Virus record (IMG/VR): IMGVR_UViG_3300021371_000021
Coordinates: 1 to 54,869 of that record
Strand: one strand, 5' to 3'
Length of the DNA: 54,869 nucleotides
Origin: a virus
Taxonomy: Duplodnaviria > Caudoviricetes
The translations under genes and the position numbers were made by a program. Below are positions 10,101 to 18,849 of the stretch, one piece after another. The stretch's first letter is position 1. Each line of letters opens with the position of its first letter. A model generated the notes under the pieces. That model was not told the origin of the DNA, made no database searches, and saw nothing but the letters and a program-made list of their open reading frames with translations.

Positions 10101-11405
10101 CTAAGCAAGTATAAAAACATGTACACTGAGTTGGATAATCGTGGACTACTCAAGCACACCGTAGCTAGGGAAGCATTGGAACGTGGTAAGACAAAAGGAA
10201 AAGATTTTGATGGTACGTTCTACAAAGCAGTAGAAATATTTTCCACGCCTTTCGCTGCAAGTGAGCGTTTTATGAGAGGAGCTACGGCTATTGCTGCTTA
10301 TGATTTAGCGATGAAAAACGGTATACCTTCTGAGGGGGTGGCTGCAAATAACGAACAGGCAGCTATAGACTTCGCAGCTAAAATGGTTAGGGATGCGCAC
10401 ACTGGCGGTATGGCAGAAACAATGCCACGGTGGATGCAAAATAGTTTTGGTCGTGTTGCGTGGACATTTAAGAACATAGTATTTCAACAAACCTACGTGG
10501 TAGCTACGTCGCTAAAGCAAGCTTTTATAGACTCTGATTTACCACCCGAAGTTAAACGTGCAGCGAGACGGCAGGTTGTAGGAACTTTCGGTCTAAGCTA
10601 CGCGCTACTTGGAGCAAAAGGATTACCTTTCTTTGGTGGTATAACTGTCCTTATGGATATGCTCAACTGGGTTTTTGGCGATGATGAAGAGCCTTACGAT
10701 GCAAGAGTAGAACTCCAAGAAATATTTGGGGATTACTTTTATACCGGCCTTATAGGGTCTGTAGCAAACATAAACATTAGTGAACGTGCAGCTTTAGGTA
10801 GAGATATATTTTATAGAGACGACCCCAAAAGTATTGAAGACTATGGACTTGTCCGTACAATTATGATGGGGCTAACTGGACCAATGGGGTCTTATTTAGT
10901 TGGTGCTGAAAAAGCTATTAGGGACGATCTACCTGCAGGTAGATACGCGTTTGCTGCTGAAGGGTTAACACCTACTTTTGTACGCAACGGCATAAAATCT
11001 TATCGTTATATGGTTGACGGGGCAAGAAATAGAGATGGTGATCCCATAGACACCGACATCAACGCATGGAACTTAATGACACAAGCAATAGGGTTTACCC
11101 CGGCGGACCTTTCAAACACTTATGAACAGCGTTCTTCTGCTAAAAACTTTGAGAATAAAGTACTTGCTAGAAAACAAAATATACTAAACAAGTATAAGAC
11201 CGCGAGAAAGCTAGGCAATAGATCGTTAGAAAGAGAAGCTGTAAAAGAAGCTTTAGCTTTTAGAAGACAGTTCCCTACGCTTATGGATGATACTACTTTA
11301 GAGCGTTCGTACAAAGCTAGTGTGCGTATAGATAGCGAAGACACGATAGCAGGTATTACATTTACTAAAGGTCTACGCTACAGAACAGATGAGTTCTTCG
11401 AGTAA
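4197..11405 (+). CDS. giant internal virion / polyvalent-type protein with two zincin metallopeptidase motifs
   Basis: 2402 aa; Gly/Ala-rich hydrophobic N-terminal segments, acidic linker, HELFH at 7791-7805 and HESAH at 8343-8357, helical C-terminal region; last gene of the + block. Confidence 0.7.
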   Translation: MPVVRMPNGDLVRFPNEMPKEQISQFIETKFPNAFDTPKPSVGDIFDASLTRGAENVASTLQDDLPAYLASIFGQDEYAAAQIEEGRARRQAAAEASPAQYGSYKDVESIGDAVGFVAEKFGENVPILGGLAASALTGAVAAPLLGVGAATGAGIASALGSYSLMAPESFAGIYEETGTFAPGAASIAGAVNSALELVAPAQVLRSFSPSMRSGVVNAVLKKSGMRPSIAANAVKGVVKGAATEGTTEGTQEAVNIAAEKFVAENPLIFDSEDFKRITESAVAGAAVGLPLGGVGGVGRGITDRGQFKKDQAEAEFEAELEARLAQTPEEEVTEETVEEVITSSEAKAKNNRVVPTDVKELKKWGMDNLGIGPTAAILKPDGPIAGKDLTDPQQNQEVIDAITVFRDKLPFDSTRRPKLDQALKYLEDNKTIIGEASSVEETVDEPVVVPEEKEQAAPTPNEVNKELEALETETETETEVEALRRKATGFQTEKDTTYEEDVAERNAVDAAERQRELEALQEAEEDIPQTKPLWSKDLLGFLSDNFAFTKEKFDEVQNLSEDEMQSYLDVIDEEYDNLKFDGPLVEDTSESIAESIAESIADDSTVDEPAPDGSNTLKDDADAKVVFDQLGIDEAGSFELSTAEFNARLKEANDRIKVIEEAAKKAKEPVTSKTKDGEFLTRKEGDILVDESAEQRPITKSPTAKKDTPKKFRVGQDKLFYNNKTLARPAAAELNAFKAANPRKEDASTGAEILANYLDAYDSPEAALAVIAAEVNPSYSENTGLVLTTTPEDAAKAKAYINKSMGKEAKQALANNENFIVETLADVQRRNAKVKEDEKARKVSKLGRDKKAEELKDVGAGTKGARAVAKEKKKLVGETPRQIAKRIDAEEKARRDEEAESLAGQKEGTTGTMGAEIRNAEKIARRTEETLAQKARSDEWIAFVESLPTKNQKAFLASYKKIADAIADPKVKTLDGKPKPSFLLPESIRARVIAENKKGLSATQKKRLVRFEEKFLLVTPEYQGPKLDKSAELDLADNNLRFAIQEVIDARKNRGEDKNVTSLIEKIKSLTAKTNVALDGPTIKAKNLDPLKFESLEVQAGVEGKSLIEAARFAANNAPNKDLQVLASALANELKRQQDKGILFDFKVLHVGNTVPSWAGSLTRNSRGITGITDTTVSVVLNGADVTGRVGTSYKTLVHELFHAATMATIRNKNNKNTAQQNAAVQDLTNLREFVLRNYYTNKNKRNLSDIEKQFAEGTNNFFKNNDELVTWAMTSPEAAAYLESIPYERTNVFSAFVRIMRKMIGLPESADGNTALSEAIRVTEVLLGKNAVNAAMRKVQKIEGADLAATELPNFASGAYIPGLNTIVINTVTGLNEHTLLHESAHAALAQILDKPNHPITKKFMQFFADVKPKVGDAYGGTNIQEFAAEFVSNGEFQAILQRIKAPKSENMFVRILQTILEAFGIRKSQSAYDVTLKFLEELLDVSQGVEPTLADTLYLTNENIDEVIDDTINDSTDSFVTRNTEAALDTVSKIQDDKARVLALGAASLANMDNMYGENSPRYRNNNPLPIGRLMSFIERKRGEVNKAIDRTSKNIRMMNKAERKATAAQKREFNDIAIEARLESVDFLKPLPKNASAKQAAAYKKLNVRFNRLPKPMQASYKTLRKELDTYLEEYVELITEILPESSARELMKNFVNLEGVVAYVPFERTGEYYYRFKDPANLDAKGNPKDTPVAAESPRKRDIAVAALKKKYGQDFEIKQYDNIDTMGVPKGLPEGQFVTKLVGEMRNNNIDSAIIDQVYQQYVAMFPEKSIMQQFKKSKNLPGMDRDIIGAYSNVSIKWANKIANTRYNSQIETAMQEIRRTAKEYHGDNKSMMAASKALTKQEAFFLNPTVNPIAAGLTFASYFEYILGSLSSAVVNVTGLVFMVTPMLGARTTYPEALAALQAGGRLAAGKAWRDGKLDGPLSKYKNMYTELDNRGLLKHTVAREALERGKTKGKDFDGTFYKAVEIFSTPFAASERFMRGATAIAAYDLAMKNGIPSEGVAANNEQAAIDFAAKMVRDAHTGGMAETMPRWMQNSFGRVAWTFKNIVFQQTYVVATSLKQAFIDSDLPPEVKRAARRQVVGTFGLSYALLGAKGLPFFGGITVLMDMLNWVFGDDEEPYDARVELQEIFGDYFYTGLIGSVANINISERAALGRDIFYRDDPKSIEDYGLVRTIMMGLTGPMGSYLVGAEKAIRDDLPAGRYAFAAEGLTPTFVRNGIKSYRYMVDGARNRDGDPIDTDINAWNLMTQAIGFTPADLSNTYEQRSSAKNFENKVLARKQNILNKYKTARKLGNRSLEREAVKEALAFRRQFPTLMDDTTLERSYKASVRIDSEDTIAGITFTKGLRYRTDEFFE
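5607..5633 (+). repeat. 6-bp tandem repeat (gaaaca)n encoding ETETETETE
   Basis: Read directly from the sequence. Confidence 0.9.
5962..6001 (+). repeat. 12-bp tandem repeat (ctgaatctatag x3) encoding ESIA x3
   Basis: Read directly from the sequence. Confidence 0.9.
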
Positions 11406-11406
11406 T

Positions 11407-11601
11407 CTATACTCGCCATACCCTAATACCTTGCACTCCGTCTTCTATAACTATTTTATGCACTGTTTTATATTTTAAACGCTTCGTTGTTTTATGTATT
11501 TTTTCTAGTGCCTTTGGTGGATCAAGACACGGTATAAGAAACGAATACCCCGGCTTAAACTTCTTCCAGTTGATCTGGTAACTCACCTTCTCTATCTGCA
11601 T
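11407..11601 (-). CDS. small conserved phage hypothetical protein
   Basis: W-x4-PGYSFLIP...GIRVWR pattern; ATG at 11601 preferred over TTG at 11610; overlaps the primase 3' end. Confidence 0.7.
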   Translation of the reverse strand: MQIEKVSYQINWKKFKPGYSFLIPCLDPPKALEKIHKTTKRLKYKTVHKIVIEDGVQGIRVWRV

Positions 11602-14470
11602 CTTCAACACTCTCTTCTACAACGTTTTCCATATCTAAGAAGTCTGGATGGCTTGCGTCAAAAACTAAACACCTTACCGGCAAAGACATTAAGTCACTCC
11701 CCTTCGACAGCCTCTTGTTAGTAGGCTTAAGCATTACGCCTGTAGCTTCTAGGGATTCTAATGTGTCCTTGTAATCAATCTGTAGGTCCACACAATCCGC
11801 CTTAAAAGTTTTAGCCGTTATGTACACTAATTTTGTGTCGGGTTCGTACCGCATTAGCAGTGAACCTTTGGGCTGCATCTTTGGGTTTGCTCCGATAGTG
11901 TTACGTTTATCTATGCCGTCCTCTACTACTAGCATGTGATTGTTGTGCCTGTTAATAAAGTCTCCTATAACAGTACTAGGGCTACTTATAGGCGCTAGCG
12001 TATCCACTCTCATTTCTTTAACACTTTTACAAACTTCGTTAAGTATATTTTGTATATCAAAACCGTGACTAACCCCGTCCTCATCTACATGAGTAAGCAG
12101 CCCTAACCTTTGTGCTATAGCTCCGCCTGTTATGTTTACAGCAACTGCAGCAGACCAATTACGCTCCCGTTGAGTTAAGTTTAATTTTCGATCAATGGTA
12201 GCTTGTGTTTTTAGTACTGCTTCTTTTACTTCTTCTAAATGGCCCAGTAACCACTGCATATAAACTTCACCGGCAATGCCATAGTTTTCAATCAATGTAT
12301 GGTCTAGTAAATCTTTGCCTTCCTGCGTAGATATAACAGGCTCATCTAACGGAGGAACCTTAAACTCTAGTAAACGCATCATCTCTCCGTCAGCTTTACT
12401 TTTAAGCACCCCAAGTTTTTCGTAAAACGATGCGTTAGAACTCGCAATAGATAACGTTCTCCAAGTAATAGTATTTTTCCTAAGCTCGTTAGCATTTGCT
12501 TTGGCTTTATCTTTCCCTCTTCCCTGTGAGTACGCATACAATAACTTTGATGCGCTTAGAGGAGGCATGTTAGTTATCTCGTCCATAGTGTTTACTATGT
12601 TATTCAAGAAACCTACCTTTAGTATTTTACCAACGTCCGTATCTTCAGGAGTCCCAAGAAGCATTTCAGGATCGCCAAAAATACTGTTAGCCATACGCAA
12701 TATAGTAGTTTTGCCTGTACCAGAATCTGCGTGAATGAAATTTATTAGCGCCCCTTTCTGCCCAGTAAATTTTAGTAAGGGTGCACCGAAACCGGACAAT
12801 GCACCAAATGCTTGTATCTCTAGCCCCTTCCTTCCGTACAACGAAAAGACTTCTTTCCATTTTTCTAACGTACCTTTAGGTCTAAAATAATCTACCATAT
12901 TAGCTATAGAACTAGCCGGGGGGCTATGGTAAATACCTGTAGCTGTAATTTCTCTATCCCCCACAATAAATTTACTGTCGTTATCCGCCCAACCGAACTG
13001 CTCTCTCATAATGTTTGCCTTGGTTTGCCATTGAAGGTCTTTGATAAAAGTTGATAAATAATTTTGTATAAGTTTTTGCCGAGGTAAGTCTGCTATAACT
13101 CCATGTTTGGCTAGCTCCTTACGCAGCTCAGCTAAATCCGTGACTTGTACATTGGTCATCACAAATTCTTTTATGCCGTCTTTGGGTAAGTGATGTTTGA
13201 TTATGGCAACAAACCCCTGCAACGGGTCTTCCATTAACTTAACTACATACAAAAAATTCTCGTAAACTAGTTTAGGTTTGCTATCCTCGTCTCCATCGCC
13301 CTCCGCTTCTTTATAGATGCCCCCTTCAGCGCCTCTAAAGTATCCTTGAGGTAGCTTTGGTATTTCAATCTCTTCTAAAATTTCATTTTCTACCTCGACG
13401 AAAACTTTACTCGTATCAGCCTTAACTATTACACGGCCTAGAGATATGGGGCTTCTAATCTTTTCCGAATGTACGCACCCTTCGCACCCGCCGGGGTTAT
13501 TTATTTCAAATTCTTTGCACGTATGCGGACCTTTGATTCCTTCTACTTTCTTTTCTACTAGTTCATAGTCGTAATCTGGGTGGCCCTCAGAAAGTTTATG
13601 TATTGCTGTGTCCCTGTCAGAACAAAACTGCGCTACTGATAAAGCGTCAAACCACCGTGGTTCAACAAGAGTAGCCCTGTTCATATAGCAATCTGCGAGT
13701 TGACCGCAACCTTCTCCTTTAAGGCTTCTGCGCATAATCTTAGAGAACAGAGAGTCATTGTTCTGCATAAGGGACTTACTAAGCGCAGACATCTCGTGCT
13801 TAGCCTTTACTACTTGGCCTTCCTCAACTCCAACTATGCCTCGTATTTCCTTAAACGGTATTGGGTCAACAACACTTATAAGTTTGACGGGTTTTTCTTT
13901 TTCATCAGAAGCATCGCCTTTAAAGTTAAAAGAGTTGAGTGGGCGTAATACCCTAGCGCATTCAAACACTTTGGTGTCTATATAGAAGTTGTTATCTATA
14001 CAAAGCTGCCTAAGCTTTTTAGCTACAGGAACCCATTCATCCCTAGGAACATCTTCGGCTAGGGGCCAATAGGCATGTAGTCCATTGCCTGAATTTACTA
14101 ACATGGGTTTTGGTAGCTTGACGGTAGAGCAGAAACTAACTAAAGCCTTTAGTCCCTCAGCTTGGGTTTCATACCCGCCGGGCCTACCAGTTTTATCGTC
14201 TGCTATAGATTTATTTGGCCCGCAATCTATGTCAAGCCAGTACGACTTTAACGATTCAACGTTATCTTGGGTACGGTTCTTGCCGGTTTTAAACTTTGCT
14301 AAGGTAAAAAATACACACCACCTGTCAGCTACATATTTTTCTATCTCTGCGTCTAACTCCTCTCTGGTTTCCACCATAGATTGGCGCGTTGTAGTTTTAC
14401 CTTTAACCGCAAGAAAACCATACCACCCACCCGCAGGGCGAACTAGGGCTATGAGGTCTGTGTTCTCCAT
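11555..14470 (-). CDS. primase-helicase (AEP/RepB-like primase, Cys-rich domain, DUF927/SF3-like P-loop helicase)
   Basis: WLDID and VNSGNGLHAYW primase motifs, Cys cluster (HTC...CEGC), FGW motif, Walker A SGTGKTT, Walker B MDE. Confidence 0.85.
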   Translation of the reverse strand: MENTDLIALVRPAGGWYGFLAVKGKTTTRQSMVETREELDAEIEKYVADRWCVFFTLAKFKTGKNRTQDNVESLKSYWLDIDCGPNKSIADDKTGRPGGYETQAEGLKALVSFCSTVKLPKPMLVNSGNGLHAYWPLAEDVPRDEWVPVAKKLRQLCIDNNFYIDTKVFECARVLRPLNSFNFKGDASDEKEKPVKLISVVDPIPFKEIRGIVGVEEGQVVKAKHEMSALSKSLMQNNDSLFSKIMRRSLKGEGCGQLADCYMNRATLVEPRWFDALSVAQFCSDRDTAIHKLSEGHPDYDYELVEKKVEGIKGPHTCKEFEINNPGGCEGCVHSEKIRSPISLGRVIVKADTSKVFVEVENEILEEIEIPKLPQGYFRGAEGGIYKEAEGDGDEDSKPKLVYENFLYVVKLMEDPLQGFVAIIKHHLPKDGIKEFVMTNVQVTDLAELRKELAKHGVIADLPRQKLIQNYLSTFIKDLQWQTKANIMREQFGWADNDSKFIVGDREITATGIYHSPPASSIANMVDYFRPKGTLEKWKEVFSLYGRKGLEIQAFGALSGFGAPLLKFTGQKGALINFIHADSGTGKTTILRMANSIFGDPEMLLGTPEDTDVGKILKVGFLNNIVNTMDEITNMPPLSASKLLYAYSQGRGKDKAKANANELRKNTITWRTLSIASSNASFYEKLGVLKSKADGEMMRLLEFKVPPLDEPVISTQEGKDLLDHTLIENYGIAGEVYMQWLLGHLEEVKEAVLKTQATIDRKLNLTQRERNWSAAVAVNITGGAIAQRLGLLTHVDEDGVSHGFDIQNILNEVCKSVKEMRVDTLAPISSPSTVIGDFINRHNNHMLVVEDGIDKRNTIGANPKMQPKGSLLMRYEPDTKLVYITAKTFKADCVDLQIDYKDTLESLEATGVMLKPTNKRLSKGSDLMSLPVRCLVFDASHPDFLDMENVVEESVEDADREGELPDQLEEV

Positions 14471-14474
14471 TAAA

Positions 14475-14708
14475 TTATTGCTCCAACTTAGCTATTATTT
14501 TTTGTATTTCTTCAGCTGCTGAAGGTTTAGGAATAGAAATACCCACAAACCAGTTATATACCGCTTGGCGACTAACGTTAAGTTTTTGTGCTACTTCGGT
14601 AACGGGCACATCGTTTTTAATGCACACCGCTCCGAAGTAAACGCCAAGAAGGTTTTTATCGGCAGCCTTATTTAGTTCTACAAATTTTAGGCTATATCCG
14701 TAACTCAT
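14475..14708 (-). CDS. Cro/XRE-like helix-turn-helix protein
   Basis: VTEVAQKLNVSRQAVYNWFVG; ATG at 14708 follows the upstream stop by 5 nt. Confidence 0.8.
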   Translation of the reverse strand: MSYGYSLKFVELNKAADKNLLGVYFGAVCIKNDVPVTEVAQKLNVSRQAVYNWFVGISIPKPSAAEEIQKIIAKLEQ

Positions 14709-14713
14709 TAGGC

Positions 14714-16021
14714 TTATTCGCTCCCCCACTCGTCAATAATAGAAGAAAGGTCTTCTCCGCTAGCTTGAGGTTCTTCTTTCTTTTTCTTGCGTTTCACTGG
14801 TTCCGCAGCCGGTTCTTCGTCGGCAAACGGATCAGGCTCAGGTGCACTCTGGATAGGTACAACATTTGACTCGAAACCATCGTTAGTATCTTCAGCAGTG
14901 AAAGGGCTATCGGAAGAGTTGCCCGCAACAAAGCCATCTTCTTCTGCTTCAAAAGGAGACTCTCGTGATACCTTCGGGGCTAACTTTTTGACCATTACTG
15001 CTTTAAGTCTTAGCGATATGCCGCCGGGACTATTTTGAGTCTTCTTGTAAGGCACGAACTCAACTTGTATATGCACTAAACTCTTGTGCGTCAGTTCAAA
15101 ATCCTTATCAAGTTTGTTGTTTTTTATATCGTATTGGTCAGGGACATCAGTTGGTCCACTTTCGTATGCGGCTTTTATCCTAGAAGTACCTTTATAAGTT
15201 CCTCCGTCTTGCTTTTTAAACGTCATTTTTAGGTCGTCATATTTAGCATATGCTTTATCCGTCTTACGTTTCTCGTCCCAAGCTGTTTTCATTAGGCCAT
15301 ATAGTTCTTTAGCTTGGTCTAGGTCCATTATAAAACCTAGTTCATAGGAAGCTCCGGGCGCATCTGAAGCGCAGGGTACACTGCGATTTTGCTCATCGCT
15401 CCACTTGTATGGTTGGTTTATGCGAGGCCAATCTGCAATTACATTCTTTATTACGTACGTCATATATTGCTCCTTAAAAGGGTTAAGTTCTGCAGCTTCG
15501 TTAAGCTGTTGTATGTTTGTAAGTTCTTCCTGTGTAAGAGGTCGAACGGGTTTGAAATATATCCTAGAAAGGTTTTCTACCTGTGAAAGATATATCTCTG
15601 TCAAAACAGTATGTAGCTGTTCTTTGTTGCTCTTAAGGTAATCCCTGTATTGGTACAGGGTCATCTTGTTAATTGACTTAGCAAACAAACTAGCTCCGCC
15701 AATACGCAAACTACATGCTGTTAATGAGTTCTCTTGTACTAAACTAATAGTTGTATAAAATTTACAGGGCTTACTTTTATACCCGGTTGCACCTTTGATG
15801 TTCTGCACACAATCAATACATCGGGCCGACTCTCTGTCTTCAAGCGGCACACTGGAGTCAGGGGTGTTGGAGTCCGAAGACCAGCACTTAAGCTTGCCTG
15901 AGTGGTCGTAGTAGTTCCTAGACAATAAACCTTCGTTCGTTATTACTGCTTCGACTGAGGTTCTAAGCTCACCTGTACTGGGGTCTATAAAGTGCCCGTC
16001 ATCGGTCCGTAGCCTGTTCAC
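14714..16021 (-). CDS. Cys-domain protein fused to a T7 gp2.5-like ssDNA-binding domain
   Basis: N-terminal CWS...CxxC...C; C-terminal WPRINQP...VEFVPY...GISLRLKAVMV and an acidic tail ending DEWGSE; GTGA overlap with the upstream gene; internal SD plus ATG at 15463. Confidence 0.6.
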   Translation of the reverse strand: MNRLRTDDGHFIDPSTGELRTSVEAVITNEGLLSRNYYDHSGKLKCWSSDSNTPDSSVPLEDRESARCIDCVQNIKGATGYKSKPCKFYTTISLVQENSLTACSLRIGGASLFAKSINKMTLYQYRDYLKSNKEQLHTVLTEIYLSQVENLSRIYFKPVRPLTQEELTNIQQLNEAAELNPFKEQYMTYVIKNVIADWPRINQPYKWSDEQNRSVPCASDAPGASYELGFIMDLDQAKELYGLMKTAWDEKRKTDKAYAKYDDLKMTFKKQDGGTYKGTSRIKAAYESGPTDVPDQYDIKNNKLDKDFELTHKSLVHIQVEFVPYKKTQNSPGGISLRLKAVMVKKLAPKVSRESPFEAEEDGFVAGNSSDSPFTAEDTNDGFESNVVPIQSAPEPDPFADEEPAAEPVKRKKKKEEPQASGEDLSSIIDEWGSE

Positions 16022-16407
16022 TTTTTAGAAGGTTTGCGTACTGAAATTACGTACTTAGTATTAGCTTGCAAACCTTGGGGCAGTACATCGGGATTATCCA
16101 CTAAGAATTCTTTCATGTTGCTGTTGTGAATCCTTTTCTCAAGCAAATGTAAAGCTTCATGTTCATTGATAAACTTATAAAAAGATTCCCAATCGCTAGT
16201 CCAGTAGTTGGACAAAACTCTACGGCTAATAGTTCCTTCTTGCGTCTTTAAGCTGTCTACATTTTGCTCTGAGCATAGCTCTAGCATCTTGTCTGAAATC
16301 TTAGTTTGTATCTCCTTAAGTTTTTTAATCTCGTCTTCTTTCTCTTTGATGGTGTGCCTCAGTTTCATATAATCAGAGGCCATTTTATCTGCAGTTATTT
16401 TAGTCAC
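16018..16407 (-). CDS. conserved phage replication-module hypothetical protein
   Basis: Coiled-coil N-terminus, SLKTQEGT and DWESFYKFI...LLEKRI motifs; SD aggtg before the GTG. Confidence 0.75.
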   Translation of the reverse strand: MTKITADKMASDYMKLRHTIKEKEDEIKKLKEIQTKISDKMLELCSEQNVDSLKTQEGTISRRVLSNYWTSDWESFYKFINEHEALHLLEKRIHNSNMKEFLVDNPDVLPQGLQANTKYVISVRKPSKK

Positions 16408-16437
16408 GTTCGCACCTATTTATTTAAGGGGGTAATG

Positions 16438-16465
16438 AGGATAACACCTCGGTAGACAATGTCAA
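16438..16465 (-). promoter_or_regulatory. sigma70-like promoter TTGACA-16-TATCCT with extended -10 TG
   Basis: Minus strand ttgacattgtctaccgaggtgttatcct, in the 61-bp intergenic gap. Confidence 0.6.
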
Positions 16466-16468
16466 CAG

Positions 16469-18019
16469 TTATTCTATTTCTTTTCGGTAAAGGTCTACGA
16501 TTTTATTGTGGTTTAGTACGTTTGTTTTTAGCATCCCATATAACTTGGCTTCTACTTCGCTACCCTGTATGTGCACGATAGTCATGCTGTGTTTCTGTCC
16601 GGGCCTGTCTATACGTGCGTTTGCTTGTAGATAAGTCTCTACGCTGGTGACTGGGGCGTACCAAATTATTGTGTCTGCTGCTGTTAAAGTAAGCCCATGA
16701 GATGCGGCTTGAGGCTGTATGATAAGCACCTGTGGATCTGGTTTAGTTTGAAAGTCGTCAAATATCTTACTTCTGTTGTTAAGCGAAACTTTTCCAGATA
16801 TTATTTTTGCCGGTACTTTATTCTTGTCTAAAAAATCTTTTAGTAGTTCTATAGTATGAGTAAAAGGCACGAACACTAATACTTTGTGCGGTGCTTCATT
16901 AATAACTTCAAGCACTACATTGAGTCGATTCTTCACATCAAACTGAACTACTTCTTGGTCGTCTGTATAGACCGCGCCACCCGATATTTGTAGGAGTTTA
17001 TTAAGGTTAGTAGCAGCATTTACAGAAGTCACTCGCTCTCCTGCTGCCTGCATAGTCATTCGCTGCTTCAATAATTTGTAGTACTTTTCTTGCTGCGGTG
17101 TAAGAGGAGCTTCACGCTCTACTGAAACCACATCTGGTAAGTCTAAGCATTGGTCCTTTTCAAACCTTATAGCAGGCTGTAAGACATTATGAACTACTTT
17201 ATCCGCGCCGGGTTTAGGTCTCCATATGTGCTGAGCCACCTTATACATGACGGTATCTCTGTAAGGGGTGTAGTACTTAGGCACTCTATGTGGGCTAACT
17301 AACTTAGCTAAGCCATAAGCATCTAATGGTGACTGAGCGGCAGGTGTGCCGGTTAACATCCACAACCTATCTATTTTCTTGCATAGATCGCGCATTATCT
17401 TCCAACGATTAGTCTGTGAATTTTTATACGCGTTAGCTTCGTCTGCTACTATAAGGTCAAAGTTCCCCTCTAGTATTGCGTCTTTTACTACACCAACTCC
17501 ATCAAAGTTAATGATTACAAACTCCGAACCTGCGTTTATTATTTTAGTACGTTGGTTGGATGTACCATAAGCAACTGAACAGCTACGGTGCATAGCAAAC
17601 TTAAACAAGTCTTCTTGCCAAGCAGATTTCATAATAGATAAAGGGCAAACAACTAAGACTCTTTTTATTAGCCCCAGTTTCATTAAGTAATCCGCAGCCC
17701 ATATAACAGACGCAGTTTTTCCTGTACCGGCTTCGTTAAAACAAAAAGCTTTTTTGTACAGGCTAAGGAAGAATGCAGTTTCTTTTTGGTGCTCGAACGG
17801 AGTAAGTTTGCCGGTCCACTGGTAGTCCCTACTCATAGGAGAGGGTACATCTTTTGCCCCTATCTCAGCCAAAGCGGAAGCCGTTTCAAAGTCCCACTTA
17901 ACTGCTACTTCATATAGGCCATTGTGCTCTCTCAGAATTTTACTTTTTTCTATGGCTTCAGTAACCAAATGCGGACGTTTAGTTTTAAGGACAATAGCTT
18001 TATCTTTTACTACCTGCAT
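16469..18019 (-). CDS. SNF2-family (SF2) helicase
   Basis: GTGKT, ADEAN (DExx), LTGTP, HGLTL and QANARIDRPGQ motifs. Confidence 0.9.
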   Translation of the reverse strand: MQVVKDKAIVLKTKRPHLVTEAIEKSKILREHNGLYEVAVKWDFETASALAEIGAKDVPSPMSRDYQWTGKLTPFEHQKETAFFLSLYKKAFCFNEAGTGKTASVIWAADYLMKLGLIKRVLVVCPLSIMKSAWQEDLFKFAMHRSCSVAYGTSNQRTKIINAGSEFVIINFDGVGVVKDAILEGNFDLIVADEANAYKNSQTNRWKIMRDLCKKIDRLWMLTGTPAAQSPLDAYGLAKLVSPHRVPKYYTPYRDTVMYKVAQHIWRPKPGADKVVHNVLQPAIRFEKDQCLDLPDVVSVEREAPLTPQQEKYYKLLKQRMTMQAAGERVTSVNAATNLNKLLQISGGAVYTDDQEVVQFDVKNRLNVVLEVINEAPHKVLVFVPFTHTIELLKDFLDKNKVPAKIISGKVSLNNRSKIFDDFQTKPDPQVLIIQPQAASHGLTLTAADTIIWYAPVTSVETYLQANARIDRPGQKHSMTIVHIQGSEVEAKLYGMLKTNVLNHNKIVDLYRKEIE

Positions 18020-18022
18020 TAG

Positions 18023-18244
18023 TTATTTACCGGCTACTGGTAAAGAACCTAGTTTATCCGACTCTTCTTTTAAATCTATTTGCAACCTTGCAACTTTAAC
18101 TTCTGAGTAGAAAGATTCGTTTACTTGCCCTGCAAGTTTTGTAACCTCTCTGGCTTTACTTATATCCATTGTTCCATTTGCTACTGAAGTAATAGAGCTA
18201 CAAAGAAACTTTCTTAGATCGCCTGTTGTATTAATTGCTGCCAT
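18023..18244 (-). CDS. hypothetical protein
   Basis: SD aggag before the ATG; tightly packed against the helicase gene. Confidence 0.7.
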   Translation of the reverse strand: MAAINTTGDLRKFLCSSITSVANGTMDISKAREVTKLAGQVNESFYSEVKVARLQIDLKEESDKLGSLPVAGK

Positions 18245-18849
18245 TTAGTTTTCTCCTGATGTGGGTTGGTTAGTGCGGTTAGTCTTTTAATGTGTCTATA
18301 AATTGATTTAACAACTTGTATTTTTTCTTTTTCTATAAAATGGTATCCAATACCAAATATAAAAAAATTGCAGTCTACGTTAGAGTACAAATACCTAGGG
18401 TCAGTATACATACCTTCGGTGTTTGTCTGTCTGTAGAAACGCCTTTTGTATTTTTCTTTGTGCATTAAACTATCTATTTTCTTCCTCCATTTGTCAGCGT
18501 CTTCGTAACTTAAAATAGTAGCTTTGTAAAAACGTAAGAACCTTTCCCTTACTTCGTCGTTAAAGCCTTTTCTTGAGGAGTACTTGTTAACCATAATTTC
18601 CCATGCACCTCTCATTATTACAGGTTGATTTTCGTCATCGTAACTACATTTAAACTTTTGTAACATGCGATAACTAAGTCTTCTTATGCTAGGAACATCA
18701 CCTCTGTAGGTGTGCATTGGTACTAACGGTATATCTGGCTTATTACCCCAATGGTTATATTTATTTGCTTCCTTAACAATATCTTCGTAGGAGTACTGTA
18801 TTTCTTCGTCGTTAGCGCAGGGAAGTTTTGCATTAGTTATTGTCTGCAT
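18214..18849 (-). CDS. hypothetical protein (AT-rich, basic/aromatic)
   Basis: 211-aa ORF coupled to the upstream gene by TAATG. Confidence 0.65.
   Translation of the reverse strand: MQTITNAKLPCANDEEIQYSYEDIVKEANKYNHWGNKPDIPLVPMHTYRGDVPSIRRLSYRMLQKFKCSYDDENQPVIMRGAWEIMVNKYSSRKGFNDEVRERFLRFYKATILSYEDADKWRKKIDSLMHKEKYKRRFYRQTNTEGMYTDPRYLYSNVDCNFFIFGIGYHFIEKEKIQVVKSIYRHIKRLTALTNPHQEKTKWQQLIQQAI

Noticed and set aside
4197-11405. Giant protein as an N4-like virion RNA polymerase using the palindromes as hairpin promoters
   Set aside because: I recognised no RNA polymerase motif, and consensus sigma70 promoters already explain early transcription. An HMM search would be needed to exclude it fully.
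11400-11410. Bidirectional terminator at the convergence of the two transcription arms
   Set aside because: The two stop codons are 1 bp apart and I found no hairpin with a U-tract.
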